Positions 1 to 10,478 of a stretch of DNA of 64,000 nucleotides are shown piece by piece. The translations under genes were made by a program, and so were the position numbers. The DNA comes from Alphaproteobacteria bacterium (lineage in GTDB: Bacteria > Pseudomonadota > Alphaproteobacteria > MPNO01 > UBA2964). Below the pieces are notes generated by a model, which saw only the letters and a list, made by a program, of their open reading frames with translations, had not been told where the DNA came from and searched no databases. The first letter of the stretch is position 1. Each line of letters begins with the position of its first letter. The DNA lies in assembly GCA_049602055.1 (NCBI GenBank), contig JBMYRG010000008.1:20618-84617 (forward strand), read 5' to 3'.

Positions 1-226
1 CCATCGCCTGTGGCTTAACCGCAAATACGATGATGTTGGGCATAAACCCTGGCTCCAGCTCTTGCAGCGATTCGACAACCGTAACTTCGAACTGGTCGCG
101 AAGCGCATCAGCGCCATACGGCTCCACAACAGCAACATTCGTAGGGTCAATGTCACGACCGAGCCATCCCGCGAGCAATGCACCACCCATTTTCCCACAA
201 CCGACGAGGAGTAATTTCTGTTCCAC
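1..226 (-). CDS. proC: Pyrroline-5-carboxylate reductase, N-terminal part (runs off window start; not in ORF track)
   Basis: Manual translation from GTG at 226: MEQKLLLVGCGKMGGALLAGWL...IIVFAVKPQAM, with the GxGxMG Rossmann and AVKPQ motifs. GGAGAAGGA RBS-like sequence upstream. Confidence 0.93.
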   Translation of the reverse strand, partial: MEQKLLLVGCGKMGGALLAGWLGRDIDPTNVAVVEPYGADALRDQFEVTVVESLQELEPGFMPNIIVFAVKPQAM

Positions 227-331
227 TATCCTTCTCCACAATTATTATATGGCGCTGTGACCAATAATAACCGGCCCTGCTCAATTGGCGACCCTAGTAG
301 CACGGTTTGATAAGGAGAAAAATGTTGTCGG

Positions 332-838
332 TTAGGCCTCGCCAACAGTGTCGATCATCGCTGCATCAAAAGCTTCTTCCGGCGTCTTGCCGCCCCAGAC
401 CACATAATTAAAAGCGGGATAAAACCTTTCACTTTCAACCAAAGCAATTTCCACCAGATCTTCAACCTGTTCTACGCTCGCACCGGAGGCACCCCGCAAT
501 AGCATAGAGTGCCGAAATACTGGCAGTCCACGGTCCGCCCACAAATCGAAATGACCAACTGCCAACTGCTCGTTTACCCGTGCCATAAGGTCATTAAATG
601 GCGCCCGTCGATGGTCTGGTACGGTTAACTCAAAGGCGCAGGCAAAATGCATCGCGCTGATATCATCCAACCAGGAAAAGAACAGACGATAATCCGTCCA
701 CCGCCCTGTTATTTCTGCAGCTATTTCGTAATCGGCTGACCGTTCAAAGGTCCACCCCTGCGCACCCGCAATCTGCTCAATCAGATCAATCGGGTTCGTG
801 GTAACCTGAATCGTATCTTTTACTGCGGTTACCGCCAT
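332..838 (-). CDS. YbjN-domain protein
   Basis: NPIDLIEQIA...W.F.R...EI; GHFDLW...PVFRHSMLLRG; CE/SERFYPAF..V.WGGK pattern. Usual position upstream of proC. Start moved to ATG 838. Confidence 0.85.
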   Translation of the reverse strand: MAVTAVKDTIQVTTNPIDLIEQIAGAQGWTFERSADYEIAAEITGRWTDYRLFFSWLDDISAMHFACAFELTVPDHRRAPFNDLMARVNEQLAVGHFDLWADRGLPVFRHSMLLRGASGASVEQVEDLVEIALVESERFYPAFNYVVWGGKTPEEAFDAAMIDTVGEA

Positions 839-1012
839 TTGAAACCCCTTAAATACGCGAAATCGATCAGCTACCAACCTTAATCCGTGAAGATATTGTG
901 TCGGTATGATCGTTTACTACCATATATAGGGTGCCAAAAGCAGAGTCGAGGTGCAAGGGCAGAATTACCCCATGGAGTCGGTTTCTGTGGAAAACTATTA
1001 GATAATTTTAGG

Positions 1013-1339
1013 TCAGGTCTTTTTAGCTTTAGGTGTTTTGCGGACCGATGTTTTTTTAGCTGGCGTGGACTCTACTCGAGCGGCCTCTAACCTCTCCAGC
1101 CTTTTAGCGAGCTCTTCCTGTTCTGCACGCGCGCGGGCGGCCATTTCCTTTACGGCATCAAATTCGTCCCGTGTCACAAGATCGAATTTAGACAACATGC
1201 GTTCTACCTGTTGCCGAACCAGGGTTTCAACTTCCCGCCGTACACCTTCGAGTGTGCCGACAGCGCCACCCGCCAACTTAGCCGCATCATCGAAAATTCG
1301 GTTCCGGGTTTGCATGTTCATCACTCCTGATCTCATCAA
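1013..1339 (-). CDS. ubiK: Accessory factor UbiK / BMFP family coiled-coil protein
   Basis: DLVTRDEFDAVKEMAARARAEQEELAKRLERLEA signature; Lys-rich tail; start uncertain. Confidence 0.85.
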   Translation of the reverse strand: MMRSGVMNMQTRNRIFDDAAKLAGGAVGTLEGVRREVETLVRQQVERMLSKFDLVTRDEFDAVKEMAARARAEQEELAKRLERLEAARVESTPAKKTSVRKTPKAKKT

Positions 1340-1508
1340 CGTCGTCGCTCGAGTATGTCCTCAGCCATAATGTGGGGCAAGCGATCCTCAGTGCAATGTT
1401 AAATCACGTTGATGTTAGGTGCTGTACAATTTAATTTCCCCGTGCTTAATCACGATAAATGCGACATTTTTCTTAAAAATTGACCTTGCTGGGGCGGAAC
1501 GAAAAACC

Positions 1509-3200
1509 ATGGCTCAAACAGAATACAAATCCGACATCGACATTGCCCGCGAAGCCAACATGCGGCCTGTTATCGAAATTGCGAATGAACGCTTCGGCAT
1601 TCCAGCCGAACATCTCGACCCCTATGGTCACTACAAAGCAAAATTGTCACTCGATCATGTCGCAACATTGCCAGAACGACCGGATGCCAAACTCATCCTG
1701 GTAACGGCGATGACCCCGACAGCGGCCGGGGAAGGTAAAACCACAACCACTGTTGGGCTGGGTGATGGGCTAAACAGAATCGGAAAAAACGCATCGATAT
1801 GTTTAAGGGAGCCCTCTCTTGGTCCTTGTTTTGGGATGAAAGGCGGCGCTGCGGGCGGTGGTTATGCACAGGTCGTGCCGATGGAAGAGATCAACCTTCA
1901 CTTCACCGGTGATTTTCATGCCATCGGGACCGCCAACAACTTACTTTCCGCCCTGATCGATAATCACATTTACTGGGCACAGGAGCCTGCATTAGACCTC
2001 CGCCGTGTAACCTGGCGGCGCGTCGTTGATATGAATGACCGAGCCCTCCGCTCAATCGTCACCTCGCTCGGTGGTGTCGCAAATGGTTTCCCCAAGGAAG
2101 CCGGTTTCGACATCACTGTGGCATCGGAGGTCATGGCTATTTTCTGCCTCGCGACAAGTATCGAAGACTTGAACAACCGCTTGGCAAAAATTGTGGTCGG
2201 CCAAACACGGGATCGCAAACCGGTTTATGCAAGCGACCTAAAAGCAGACGGCCCCATGACAGCGCTTCTTAAAGACGCCATCAAGCCAAACCTCGTTCAG
2301 ACTTTGGAAAATAATCCGGCCTTCGTGCATGGCGGGCCCTTTGCCAATATTGCGCATGGTTGTAACTCTGTGATCGCGACAAAAACCGCCTTAAAACTGT
2401 CTGATTATGTCGTGACAGAAGCAGGATTTGGTGCCGATCTAGGTGCCGAGAAATTCTTCGATATCAAATGCCGTAAGGCCGGCCTAACGCCACATGCAGC
2501 GGTCGTCGTTGCCACCGCACGGGCTTTGAAGATGCATGGTGGCGTCAAAAAAGAAGATCTCGGTAATGAAAATCTCGACGCCTTGCAAAAAGGCCTCGAT
2601 AACCTGTCCCGTCACGTCAGCAATGTGAAGGGATTTGGTGTTCCAGCCGTTGTCGCTATCAACCGCTTCGTTACCGATAGCGATGCGGAGATTAACATGA
2701 TCCGCGAACGCTGTGCCGAACAGGGCGTTGAGGCTATCGATTGCACCCATTGGTCTAACGGAGGTGCCGGTACAGAAGAGCTCGCCCATAAGGTTGTGGA
2801 GCTCGCCGACGGCAATGACGGGTCGTCCTTCAAGCATCTCTACGAAGACGATTTACCCTTATGGGACAAGATTGAGACCATCGCGCAAAAGATTTATGGC
2901 GCTAGCGAGATCGTCGCCGACCAGAAAATTCGAAACCAAATACGAGACCTTGAAAACGAAGGTGCAGGCAAATTCCCAATATGTGTCGCCAAGACACAGT
3001 ACAGCTTCTCAACGGATGCCAATCTCAAGAACGCACCCAGTGATCACGTTGTTCAGATCAGGGAAGTCAGGCTTGCAAATGGGGCCGAGTTCCTGGTTGT
3101 CGTCTGCGGCGATATTATGACAATGCCAGGGCTGCCGCGTGTTCCGGCGGCGCATGACATCAAGGTCGATGAAAAAGGCAACATCACCGGTCTATTTTGA
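1509..3200 (+). CDS. fhs: Formate--tetrahydrofolate ligase
   Basis: [48 protein letters not shown] and IMTMPGLP motifs. Start moved to ATG 1509. Confidence 0.97.
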   Translation: MAQTEYKSDIDIAREANMRPVIEIANERFGIPAEHLDPYGHYKAKLSLDHVATLPERPDAKLILVTAMTPTAAGEGKTTTTVGLGDGLNRIGKNASICLREPSLGPCFGMKGGAAGGGYAQVVPMEEINLHFTGDFHAIGTANNLLSALIDNHIYWAQEPALDLRRVTWRRVVDMNDRALRSIVTSLGGVANGFPKEAGFDITVASEVMAIFCLATSIEDLNNRLAKIVVGQTRDRKPVYASDLKADGPMTALLKDAIKPNLVQTLENNPAFVHGGPFANIAHGCNSVIATKTALKLSDYVVTEAGFGADLGAEKFFDIKCRKAGLTPHAAVVVATARALKMHGGVKKEDLGNENLDALQKGLDNLSRHVSNVKGFGVPAVVAINRFVTDSDAEINMIRERCAEQGVEAIDCTHWSNGGAGTEELAHKVVELADGNDGSSFKHLYEDDLPLWDKIETIAQKIYGASEIVADQKIRNQIRDLENEGAGKFPICVAKTQYSFSTDANLKNAPSDHVVQIREVRLANGAEFLVVVCGDIMTMPGLPRVPAAHDIKVDEKGNITGLF

Positions 3201-3291
3201 GTTTGGGGCCACGACAACTACGCCTTTTCTTGAAGCAATGCACGACGGTCCCTATAACTAAAGGGGTCGCAATGCCTGATGGACTGAAAAA

Positions 3292-4284
3292 ATGATCCTA
3301 GTTACTGGTGGTGCCGGCTTTATCGGATCCAACCTTGTCGCGGGGCTTGAAGCTGCCGGTGCAAACAATCTTGTGATCTGTGATATTCTCGGCACTGACG
3401 ACAAATGGCGTAACATCGCCAAACGTGACCTCGCCGATCTGATTAAACCCGACGAAATCCTGTCTTATGTGGACAGCAACGCCAGTCAGATCGAAGCAAT
3501 CTTCCACCTCGGAGCAATATCAGCGACGACCGAAACAGACGCTGATCTTATTATCGACAATAATTTCCGACTTTCCCGAGATCTTTGGACACACTGTGCG
3601 AAATATCGAATCCCGCTAATCTATGCCTCGTCAGCGGCCACTTACGGGGACGGCGCGGCTGGTTTTGTTGATGACGCTACACGGGAACATCTTTCACGCT
3701 TAAGACCTCTCAACGCCTATGGTTGGAGCAAGCACTTATTCGACCGCTGGGTCGCCCGTATATTGGAAACCGGTTCCGCGGACCAGTCACCACCACAATG
3801 GGCGGGGCTAAAGTTTTTCAATGTGTATGGCCCCAACGAATATCACAAAGAGGGACAAGTCAGCGTCGCTTTAAAAAACTACAAGGAAATTTCTGCTGGT
3901 GGGCCCGCTGTCCTGTTCCGGTCTCACAATCCTAATTATAGCGATGGCGGCCAAAGCCGCGACTTTGTCTGGGTTGGAGATTGCGTGGATGTCATGCTTT
4001 GGCTTAAGGAAAATTCATCGGTGACTGGGCTCTTTAATCTAGGAACCGGAAAAGCGCGGAGCTTTGCCGACCTCGCCACCGCCATATTCAATGCCGCCGG
4101 TATCTCCCCCGAAATTCAATTCATCGACACGCCACTCGCGATCCGCGACAAATATCAGTATTTCACCGAAGCTAAAATGAACCAGCTGCGAGACGCGGGC
4201 TACGCAGCACCTTTCACCAGCCTGGAAGATGGCGTCTCACAATATGTACGCAACTTCCTCGCGACAGAAGACCCCTATATTTAA
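3292..4284 (+). CDS. hldD: ADP-L-glycero-D-manno-heptose 6-epimerase
   Basis: TGGAGFIGSN, FHLGAISATTE, YASSAATYG, PLNAYGWSK, FFNVYGPNEYHK, KYQYFTEA. Confidence 0.93.
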   Translation: MILVTGGAGFIGSNLVAGLEAAGANNLVICDILGTDDKWRNIAKRDLADLIKPDEILSYVDSNASQIEAIFHLGAISATTETDADLIIDNNFRLSRDLWTHCAKYRIPLIYASSAATYGDGAAGFVDDATREHLSRLRPLNAYGWSKHLFDRWVARILETGSADQSPPQWAGLKFFNVYGPNEYHKEGQVSVALKNYKEISAGGPAVLFRSHNPNYSDGGQSRDFVWVGDCVDVMLWLKENSSVTGLFNLGTGKARSFADLATAIFNAAGISPEIQFIDTPLAIRDKYQYFTEAKMNQLRDAGYAAPFTSLEDGVSQYVRNFLATEDPYI

Positions 4285-4314
4285 TGCCGCTCCCGGCAAG
4301 AAGGTTATGAGGCC

Positions 4315-5106
4315 ATGTTTGCAATAGCGTTTCCGGCCATCGACCCAGTCGCATTGGAAATAGGGCCTGTAGTGGTTCGCTGGTATTCCCTTGCCTATGT
4401 CGCAGGAATATTACTCGGCTGGCGCTATATCATTGTCCTTGCCGCCAAGGCTAAAAATGGTGTTGAACGCGTGCATGTCGACGACTTCATCATCTGGGCC
4501 ACGCTAGGAATCATCTTGGGTGGCAGGCTTGGCTACGTCATTTTCTACAACCCGGTTTTCTTCGCCGAAAACCCGCTACTGATTTTCGCCATGTGGAAGG
4601 GCGGTATGTCATTTCATGGTGGTTTGATTGGCGTGATTACCGTTACATGGCTTTTTGCCCGAAAACGCAGCCTTCCTTTCCTGGGACTGGGGGACATGGT
4701 ATGTGCCGCCGCCCCAATCGGTCTGTTTTTTGGCCGAATTGCCAATTTTATTAATGGGGAACTCTTCGGCCGCGCCAGCGACGTTCCCTGGGCCATGGTC
4801 TTTCCACGCGGCGGCCCCACACCCCGCCACCCTAGCCAGCTCTACGAAGCCGGACTGGAAGGACTATTATTGTTCGGTGTGCTCGCGGTCCTGATTTACC
4901 GATATAAAGCACTGGATCGACCTGGGATGCTGATCGGTACATTCATGGCCGGATACGGCCTTTCGCGCTACTTGGTAGAATTCGTGCGTGAGCCAGACGC
5001 CCATTTGGGAACGCTTTATGGCATTGCGACAATGGGCCAGCTGCTATCACTCCCATTGATCCTTCTCGGCGCATGGTTGATCCACCGAGCCTGCCGACAA
5101 ACGTGA
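4315..5106 (+). CDS. lgt: Prolipoprotein diacylglyceryl transferase
   Basis: RWYSLAY, LGGRLGYV, GGMSFHGG, GRIANFINGEL, HPSQLYEA. Confidence 0.97.
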   Translation: MFAIAFPAIDPVALEIGPVVVRWYSLAYVAGILLGWRYIIVLAAKAKNGVERVHVDDFIIWATLGIILGGRLGYVIFYNPVFFAENPLLIFAMWKGGMSFHGGLIGVITVTWLFARKRSLPFLGLGDMVCAAAPIGLFFGRIANFINGELFGRASDVPWAMVFPRGGPTPRHPSQLYEAGLEGLLLFGVLAVLIYRYKALDRPGMLIGTFMAGYGLSRYLVEFVREPDAHLGTLYGIATMGQLLSLPLILLGAWLIHRACRQT

Positions 5107-6212
5107 CCCCGCTCGACGCCAAAATTCGAGAGCGTATAAAAGCTGACGGCCCGATCGCTGTATCAGAATTCATGGAGATCGCCCTAAGCGATCCAGATCG
5201 CGGTTACTATCAAACCCGTGATCCACTTGGCCAAGACGGTGATTTTGTTACCTCTCCCGAAATCAGCCAGGTTTTCGGCGAAATCATTGGATTGTGGTGT
5301 GCCATTACATGGCAAAACGCGGGGGCACCAGAAGATATCCACCTCGTCGAGCTCGGCCCCGGTCGCGGCACCCTCATGGCTGATATCCTGCGCACTGTTC
5401 AAAATGTCATGCCCGCTTTTGCAGAGGCGCTGAACGTACATTTAGTGGAGACGGGGACGGTCCTACGGCAGCAACAACAAGAAACATTAAATGCCAATCA
5501 GGTGACTTGGCATGACCGGTTTGAAACGATCCCATCCGGTCCAATCCTGATCGTCGCAAATGAATTTTTCGATGCCCTTCCAATCAAGCAATACAAAATG
5601 ACCGATAGGGGCTGGCAAGAACGCCAGATTACGATCGATCAAAAGCAAGGCAATCTCATATTTACAACTGGCGACTCACTGATCAACAAGAATATGGCCA
5701 TCCCCAATGAGCTTAGGACCGCCCCGCTCAACTCCCTGTTTGAGCGCTCAATAATAGGAGAGAAGATTACCAGTAGTATCGCTGAACGCATTGCGACAGA
5801 GGGGGGGGCAGCGTTGATCATTGATTATGGTCATGTTCGACCTGGCTTAGGTGACACGTTGCAGGCTGTAAAATCTCATAAATATCATGACCCGCTCGCG
5901 GCCATTGGTGAAGCAGACCTTACCGCTCATGTTGATTTCGCCGCTTTGGGTGAGGCCGCTAAAACAGCAGGGGCGATGGTACACGGCCCGATCTTTCAGG
6001 GAGAATTCCTGGTGTGCCTGGGAATCGAACAAAGAACAGCCGCACTCGCTGCGGCGGCGACAGATGATCAAGCAGATATATTGAAAAGTGGTTCCCGCCG
6101 CTTGATCGCCGCAGACGGCATGGGCACATTGTTTAAAGTAATGGCAATAACGTCTGTAACCGATAGCCTGCCAGCCGGGTTCGAGAACGACGATATCGGA
6201 GACGCTTTATGA
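5073..6212 (+). CDS. MidA/NDUFAF7-family SAM-dependent methyltransferase
   Basis: GYY...DPLG..GDFVTSPEISQVFGE, VELGPGRGTLM, ANEFFDALP, DLTAHVDF; follows lgt. Confidence 0.93.
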   Translation: MVDPPSLPTNVTPLDAKIRERIKADGPIAVSEFMEIALSDPDRGYYQTRDPLGQDGDFVTSPEISQVFGEIIGLWCAITWQNAGAPEDIHLVELGPGRGTLMADILRTVQNVMPAFAEALNVHLVETGTVLRQQQQETLNANQVTWHDRFETIPSGPILIVANEFFDALPIKQYKMTDRGWQERQITIDQKQGNLIFTTGDSLINKNMAIPNELRTAPLNSLFERSIIGEKITSSIAERIATEGGAALIIDYGHVRPGLGDTLQAVKSHKYHDPLAAIGEADLTAHVDFAALGEAAKTAGAMVHGPIFQGEFLVCLGIEQRTAALAAAATDDQADILKSGSRRLIAADGMGTLFKVMAITSVTDSLPAGFENDDIGDAL

Positions 6213-7003
6213 CTCCTGAAACTAATGAAGATTTGCCAGTTATTCGGGCCAAAGCACTGTCTGAATACCCAAGAATAAACCATGCATTCTTTACGCGGCA
6301 GGGCGGCGTCAGCACCGGCATGTACAGCTCACTCAATTGCGGTCCCGGGTCAGGCGACAATGCAGAAAATGTCAGCGAAAACCGACGCCGTGTAAGTAAA
6401 AAAATGGGAGTCGCTCCTGCCTCCCTTATGTCTGTCTACCAGGTACATGGGACAGACGTCGTCACAGTGGATGAACCATGGGATCGCCATGCCGCGCCGC
6501 AGGCAGACGGCATGGTGACATCAAGACTGGGGCTGGCTTTAGGAATTCTAACTGCTGACTGCACGCCGGTTTTGCTAGCAGACCAGCAAGCCGGCGTAAT
6601 CGGCGCATGCCATGCCGGGTGGCGGGGCGCTCTTGATGGCATCATTGAAGCAACTGTTATCGCGATGGAAGAATTAGGGGCAAGACGGGATCAAATCAAC
6701 GCCGCTATCGGCCCCTGTATTGCGCAGAAATCCTACCAGGTCGGTTTGGAATTCAGAGAACAGTTTGTCGCCAATGACACCCAATTTTCTGATTTTTTCA
6801 TCGATGATGATGCCACCCATTTGCGCTTCGACCTCGCCGGATTTGTCGAGCTCATGTTGGAACGCTCGGAGATCGCAAATTTTGAGAACGTAAACATAGA
6901 TAACTGCACGGAAACCAAGATGCTATTTAGTTATCGTCGAACGACGTTAGCCGGCGAAATAGACTATGGTCGAGGCATCTCCGCCATTTCACTTAGAGAT
7001 TAA
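6209..7003 (+). CDS. pgeF: Peptidoglycan editing factor / YfiH (purine nucleoside phosphorylase, laccase-domain) protein
   Basis: FFTRQGGVS, QVHG, LTADCTPVL, HAGWRG, FSYRR. Confidence 0.93.
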   Translation: MTPETNEDLPVIRAKALSEYPRINHAFFTRQGGVSTGMYSSLNCGPGSGDNAENVSENRRRVSKKMGVAPASLMSVYQVHGTDVVTVDEPWDRHAAPQADGMVTSRLGLALGILTADCTPVLLADQQAGVIGACHAGWRGALDGIIEATVIAMEELGARRDQINAAIGPCIAQKSYQVGLEFREQFVANDTQFSDFFIDDDATHLRFDLAGFVELMLERSEIANFENVNIDNCTETKMLFSYRRTTLAGEIDYGRGISAISLRD

Positions 7004-7063
7004 CCCTCATGCCACATCTGATAATCTTTATATTGGCATGTCTGATTGGTCTGGTAGCCAGCT

Positions 7064-7984
7064 GTGTCATCCTTTGAACTTCGATCACACCTCTTACTCA
7101 TAACGGCATCAATCCTTCTGGTTATGACCTTGGTGGCCTGCCAGCCCGCCCCAACACCGTTTGCTCATACGCCAGGACAAGGTGATCCAATTATTTCCGA
7201 GCGCCCGGATATCGCCGGCGTTACCGTCAGGCCAATCAACGGCCTAACAAAACGACAATCCGATGCTCTCTCAAAGGCAATGGTCAACGCATTTATGGCG
7301 ATGGAAATTCCCGCAGCGACCACCGGCGAAAACCGCCGAAGCAGGTTCGTTGACGGTACTGCCAAAATCATCAGCTCGGCCAAGACCCAAATGGCGATTC
7401 AGATCGAATGGACGCTCACCGATTCGCTGGGACGAGCATTAGAGACACACAAAAGTCGTCACAGGATCAACCGAGAAAGCTGGGACCACCCGAATCCCAA
7501 ATCACTTTCTTCCTGGGCAAAACAACCTGCACAACAATTTTCTCGCCGAATTCTGGGGCCACGCCCCAATGAGAAACGCAGCCAATCTGTCTCGTTACCC
7601 CGCTTACACGTATGGCCAGTCGACGGCATAGATGGCTCCAGGGCGACGACATTGCAGCGCGCCATGGAACGAGCCCTGAGTCAGCGAAAATTTGTGGTTT
7701 TAAAAGGACTTGAAGGTGCCGCACTCATCATTGCCGGTTCCGTCTCATTGGGGACTGCCCGCGGGGGAAGCCAGCCGATTGAGATCAACTGGTCTGTTCT
7801 CGACACGAAAGGGAAACAGGTCGGTAAGCTCGATCAGAAAAACTCAGTCGCTGTTTCCACCATAAAAAATCGTTGGCAAAACCTGTCCTCGATCATTACC
7901 CAAAACGCTGCCGGCGGCGTCAGTGAGATTGTCGACCGCCTGCCGGTAGAAAGTTTTCCACAGGACAAAAAAACCCGTCGCTAA
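7064..7984 (+). CDS. Hypothetical lipoprotein with two related halves
   Basis: Hydrophobic leader ending LVAC (lipobox-like); long ORF in frame between pgeF and prs. Confidence 0.7.
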   Translation: MSSFELRSHLLLITASILLVMTLVACQPAPTPFAHTPGQGDPIISERPDIAGVTVRPINGLTKRQSDALSKAMVNAFMAMEIPAATTGENRRSRFVDGTAKIISSAKTQMAIQIEWTLTDSLGRALETHKSRHRINRESWDHPNPKSLSSWAKQPAQQFSRRILGPRPNEKRSQSVSLPRLHVWPVDGIDGSRATTLQRAMERALSQRKFVVLKGLEGAALIIAGSVSLGTARGGSQPIEINWSVLDTKGKQVGKLDQKNSVAVSTIKNRWQNLSSIITQNAAGGVSEIVDRLPVESFPQDKKTRR

Positions 7985-8092
7985 ACCGGGAGGGATCGTT
8001 TACACACTTGGCAGGCACTGGTAAATTCTGCGTGCCTTTGGCATTCGCAATTTCGTCACCTCCGGGGGGATGGTGACACGGGGAAAGTCCGG

Positions 8093-9037
8093 ATGAAAAT
8101 CGTCGCGTGTAATAGTAATCGCCCGCTAGCGGAAGCGATTGCTGCCTATCTCAATCTATCACTTTGTAAAGCCACCATTCGCCGTTTTTCGGATATGGAA
8201 TGTTTCGTTGAAATAGACGAAAATGTACGTGGCGAAGATGTATTCGTTGTTCAGTCAACATCCTATCCGGCAAACGACAACCTTATGGAGTTGCTGGTTT
8301 GTATTGATGCGCTGCGACGAGGGTCTGCACGCCGCATCACCGCTGTTATTCCGTATTTTGGCTACGCCCGACAGGACCGTAAGTCTGGCCCAAGAACGCC
8401 GATCTCTGCCAAACTGGTGGCAAACCTGATCACAGAGGCCGGGGTGGATCGCGTTCTAACGCTTGATCTCCATGCCGGCCAGATCCAGGGCTTCTTCGAT
8501 ATTCCAGTGGATAATCTGTTTGCTGCACCAGTGTTCTTGCGAGACATAAAACAGACTTATGATTGTGACAACTTGACACTCGTCTCCCCCGATGTGGGTG
8601 GCGTGTTGCGCGCGCGCGCGATTGCCAAGCCTCTCGATGCAGATTTAGCCATTATTGACAAACGCCGGGAACGCGCCGGAGTTTCAGAGGTTATGCATAT
8701 CATCGGCGATGTTACTGGTGCTGACTGTATCGTTGTCGACGATATCGTTGATTCCGCGGGCACGCTTTGTAACGCCGCAGTTGCCCTTATGGATGCTGGG
8801 GCTAAATCTGTTTCAGCCTACATCACGCACGGCGTTTTATCCGGTGGTGCTGTTTCCAGAGTATCCTCCTCACCACTTGAGAGCATGGTCACAACAGACA
8901 GCATTCAAGGCACTGAGGCCGTCCGCGTTTCACAAAATGTGCGGCAAATTTCGATTGCCCCGCTTATGGGAGAAGCAATCGCCCGGATTAGCGAGGAAAA
9001 ATCCGTGTCTAGTTTGTTTGACTATTCCGCCGCATAA
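8093..9037 (+). CDS. prs: Ribose-phosphate pyrophosphokinase
   Basis: [46 protein letters not shown]. Confidence 0.98.
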   Translation: MKIVACNSNRPLAEAIAAYLNLSLCKATIRRFSDMECFVEIDENVRGEDVFVVQSTSYPANDNLMELLVCIDALRRGSARRITAVIPYFGYARQDRKSGPRTPISAKLVANLITEAGVDRVLTLDLHAGQIQGFFDIPVDNLFAAPVFLRDIKQTYDCDNLTLVSPDVGGVLRARAIAKPLDADLAIIDKRRERAGVSEVMHIIGDVTGADCIVVDDIVDSAGTLCNAAVALMDAGAKSVSAYITHGVLSGGAVSRVSSSPLESMVTTDSIQGTEAVRVSQNVRQISIAPLMGEAIARISEEKSVSSLFDYSAA

Positions 9038-9128
9038 GACTAAAACCCATCGCCCCCGTCATTTTGGCGGGATTTTATACGTCGGCACCCCTGGAGGCAG
9101 GCGTTAACACTAATTATGGAGAAACGGC

Positions 9129-9812
9129 ATGGCCGAAGTTCAAACCATTGCCGCGGCATCTCGCGAACGGGCTGGAAAGGGGACCGCCCGGGCTGCACGC
9201 CGCGCCGGACAAATCCCGGCTGTTATATACGGCAATAAAGAAGAACCCCTGTTAATTACCGTCGACCGCACCCGGTTGGAGCAAGAACTGGGCAAAAGTG
9301 GATTCTTTATCCGTCTTCTGGATATTGAAGTCGATGGCACATCCCATCGGGTCTTGCCTCGGGATACGCAGTATCACCCGGTGACAGATCGCCCGCTGCA
9401 TGTTGATTTTCTGCGCTATTCAGCAGATCGTAAGCTGACCGTTGAAATACCGGTACATTTCACGAATGAGGACGATTCCCCAGGCTTGAAATCGGGCGGT
9501 GTTCTCAACGTTGTGCGCCATGCGATTGAAGTATTGTGCGTTGCTGATGCCATTCCTGATGCGTATGAGATTGATCTCACCGGGTTGGAAGTTGGCGATT
9601 CAATTCATGCCAGCACTTTGACTCTGTCAGATGGCGTTGAGCTAACGATCACTGATCGCGACTTCACCATTGCAACCATCGCTGCACCAACAGTCATGGC
9701 TGTAGAAGAAGAAGTCGAGGGCGAAGAAGGTGTCGAAGGCGAAGAGAGTACCGAGGGCGAAGCAGCCGAAAGTGCAGAAGCTGGCGACGACAATGCGGAG
9801 GGTGGAGAGTAA
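9129..9812 (+). CDS. rplY: 50S ribosomal protein L25 / Ctc (long form)
   Basis: GKGTARAARRAGQIPAVIYG, HPVTDRPLHVDF, GLKSGG; acidic tail; prs-rplY-pth-ychF synteny. Confidence 0.97.
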   Translation: MAEVQTIAAASRERAGKGTARAARRAGQIPAVIYGNKEEPLLITVDRTRLEQELGKSGFFIRLLDIEVDGTSHRVLPRDTQYHPVTDRPLHVDFLRYSADRKLTVEIPVHFTNEDDSPGLKSGGVLNVVRHAIEVLCVADAIPDAYEIDLTGLEVGDSIHASTLTLSDGVELTITDRDFTIATIAAPTVMAVEEEVEGEEGVEGEESTEGEAAESAEAGDDNAEGGE

Positions 9813-9842
9813 GTCTCTCCCCGTCCCTAAACCGGAGGCACC

Positions 9843-10478
9843 ATGTTGCTCCTGGTCGGCCTAGGAAACCCGGGTCAGGAATATGCTGGAAACCGACACA
9901 ATATCGGTGCCATGGCGGTGGACGAAATCGTTCGCTTCCATGGCTTCAGCGCGCCTAGAACGCGGTCCCGACCTCAAGGTGTTTTTAGCGAAGGAACCAT
10001 CGACGGCATCAAGGTTACAACGCTCAAACCATTGACTTATATGAATGAATCCGGGAAAGCGGTAGGCGACGCGATGCGCTACTGGCGCCTGAACCCTCAG
10101 GACATCTTTGTCTTGCATGACGAACTTGACCTGCCCCCAGCGAAGGTACGGGCTAAGCTCGGGGGCGGCCATGCTGGCCACAACGGCTTGCGCAGCATCG
10201 ATTCTCATATTGGAAAAGAGTACTGGCGAGTGCGCCTCGGCGTCGGTCACCCCGGAGACAAAGGACGCGTTACGGGGCATGTCCTGCGTGACTTTTCCAA
10301 AGCCGACAAGCAATGGTTAGACAAGACATTAGAGGCAGTCGCTGACGCGATCCCGCTTTTGCTAAACGGCGATGGCTCGGCCTTTACCACCCGCGTCGCG
10401 CTCTTGACCCAGCCGCCCAAGCCTAAAAAATCACAAGACGACGCTGATGCGTCCTCTGAGTCAAAGAAAGAAAGATAA
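9843..10478 (+). CDS. pth: Peptidyl-tRNA hydrolase
   Basis: LVGLGNPG..Y..NRHNIG, KPLTYMNESG, HDELD, GGHAGHNGLRSI. Confidence 0.98.
   Translation: MLLLVGLGNPGQEYAGNRHNIGAMAVDEIVRFHGFSAPRTRSRPQGVFSEGTIDGIKVTTLKPLTYMNESGKAVGDAMRYWRLNPQDIFVLHDELDLPPAKVRAKLGGGHAGHNGLRSIDSHIGKEYWRVRLGVGHPGDKGRVTGHVLRDFSKADKQWLDKTLEAVADAIPLLLNGDGSAFTTRVALLTQPPKPKKSQDDADASSESKKER

Noticed and set aside
1340-1508. ZTP or THF riboswitch upstream of fhs
   Set aside because: No recognisable conserved aptamer elements by eye; an Rfam/Infernal scan would be decisive.
9038-9128. Autoregulatory L25 leader hairpin (ACGTC...GGCGT) upstream of rplY
   Set aside because: Only a weak, interrupted stem; cannot be supported without comparative data.
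9700-9812. GAA/GGC-rich low-complexity repeat at the end of rplY
   Set aside because: Encodes the ordinary acidic tail of long-form L25/Ctc.
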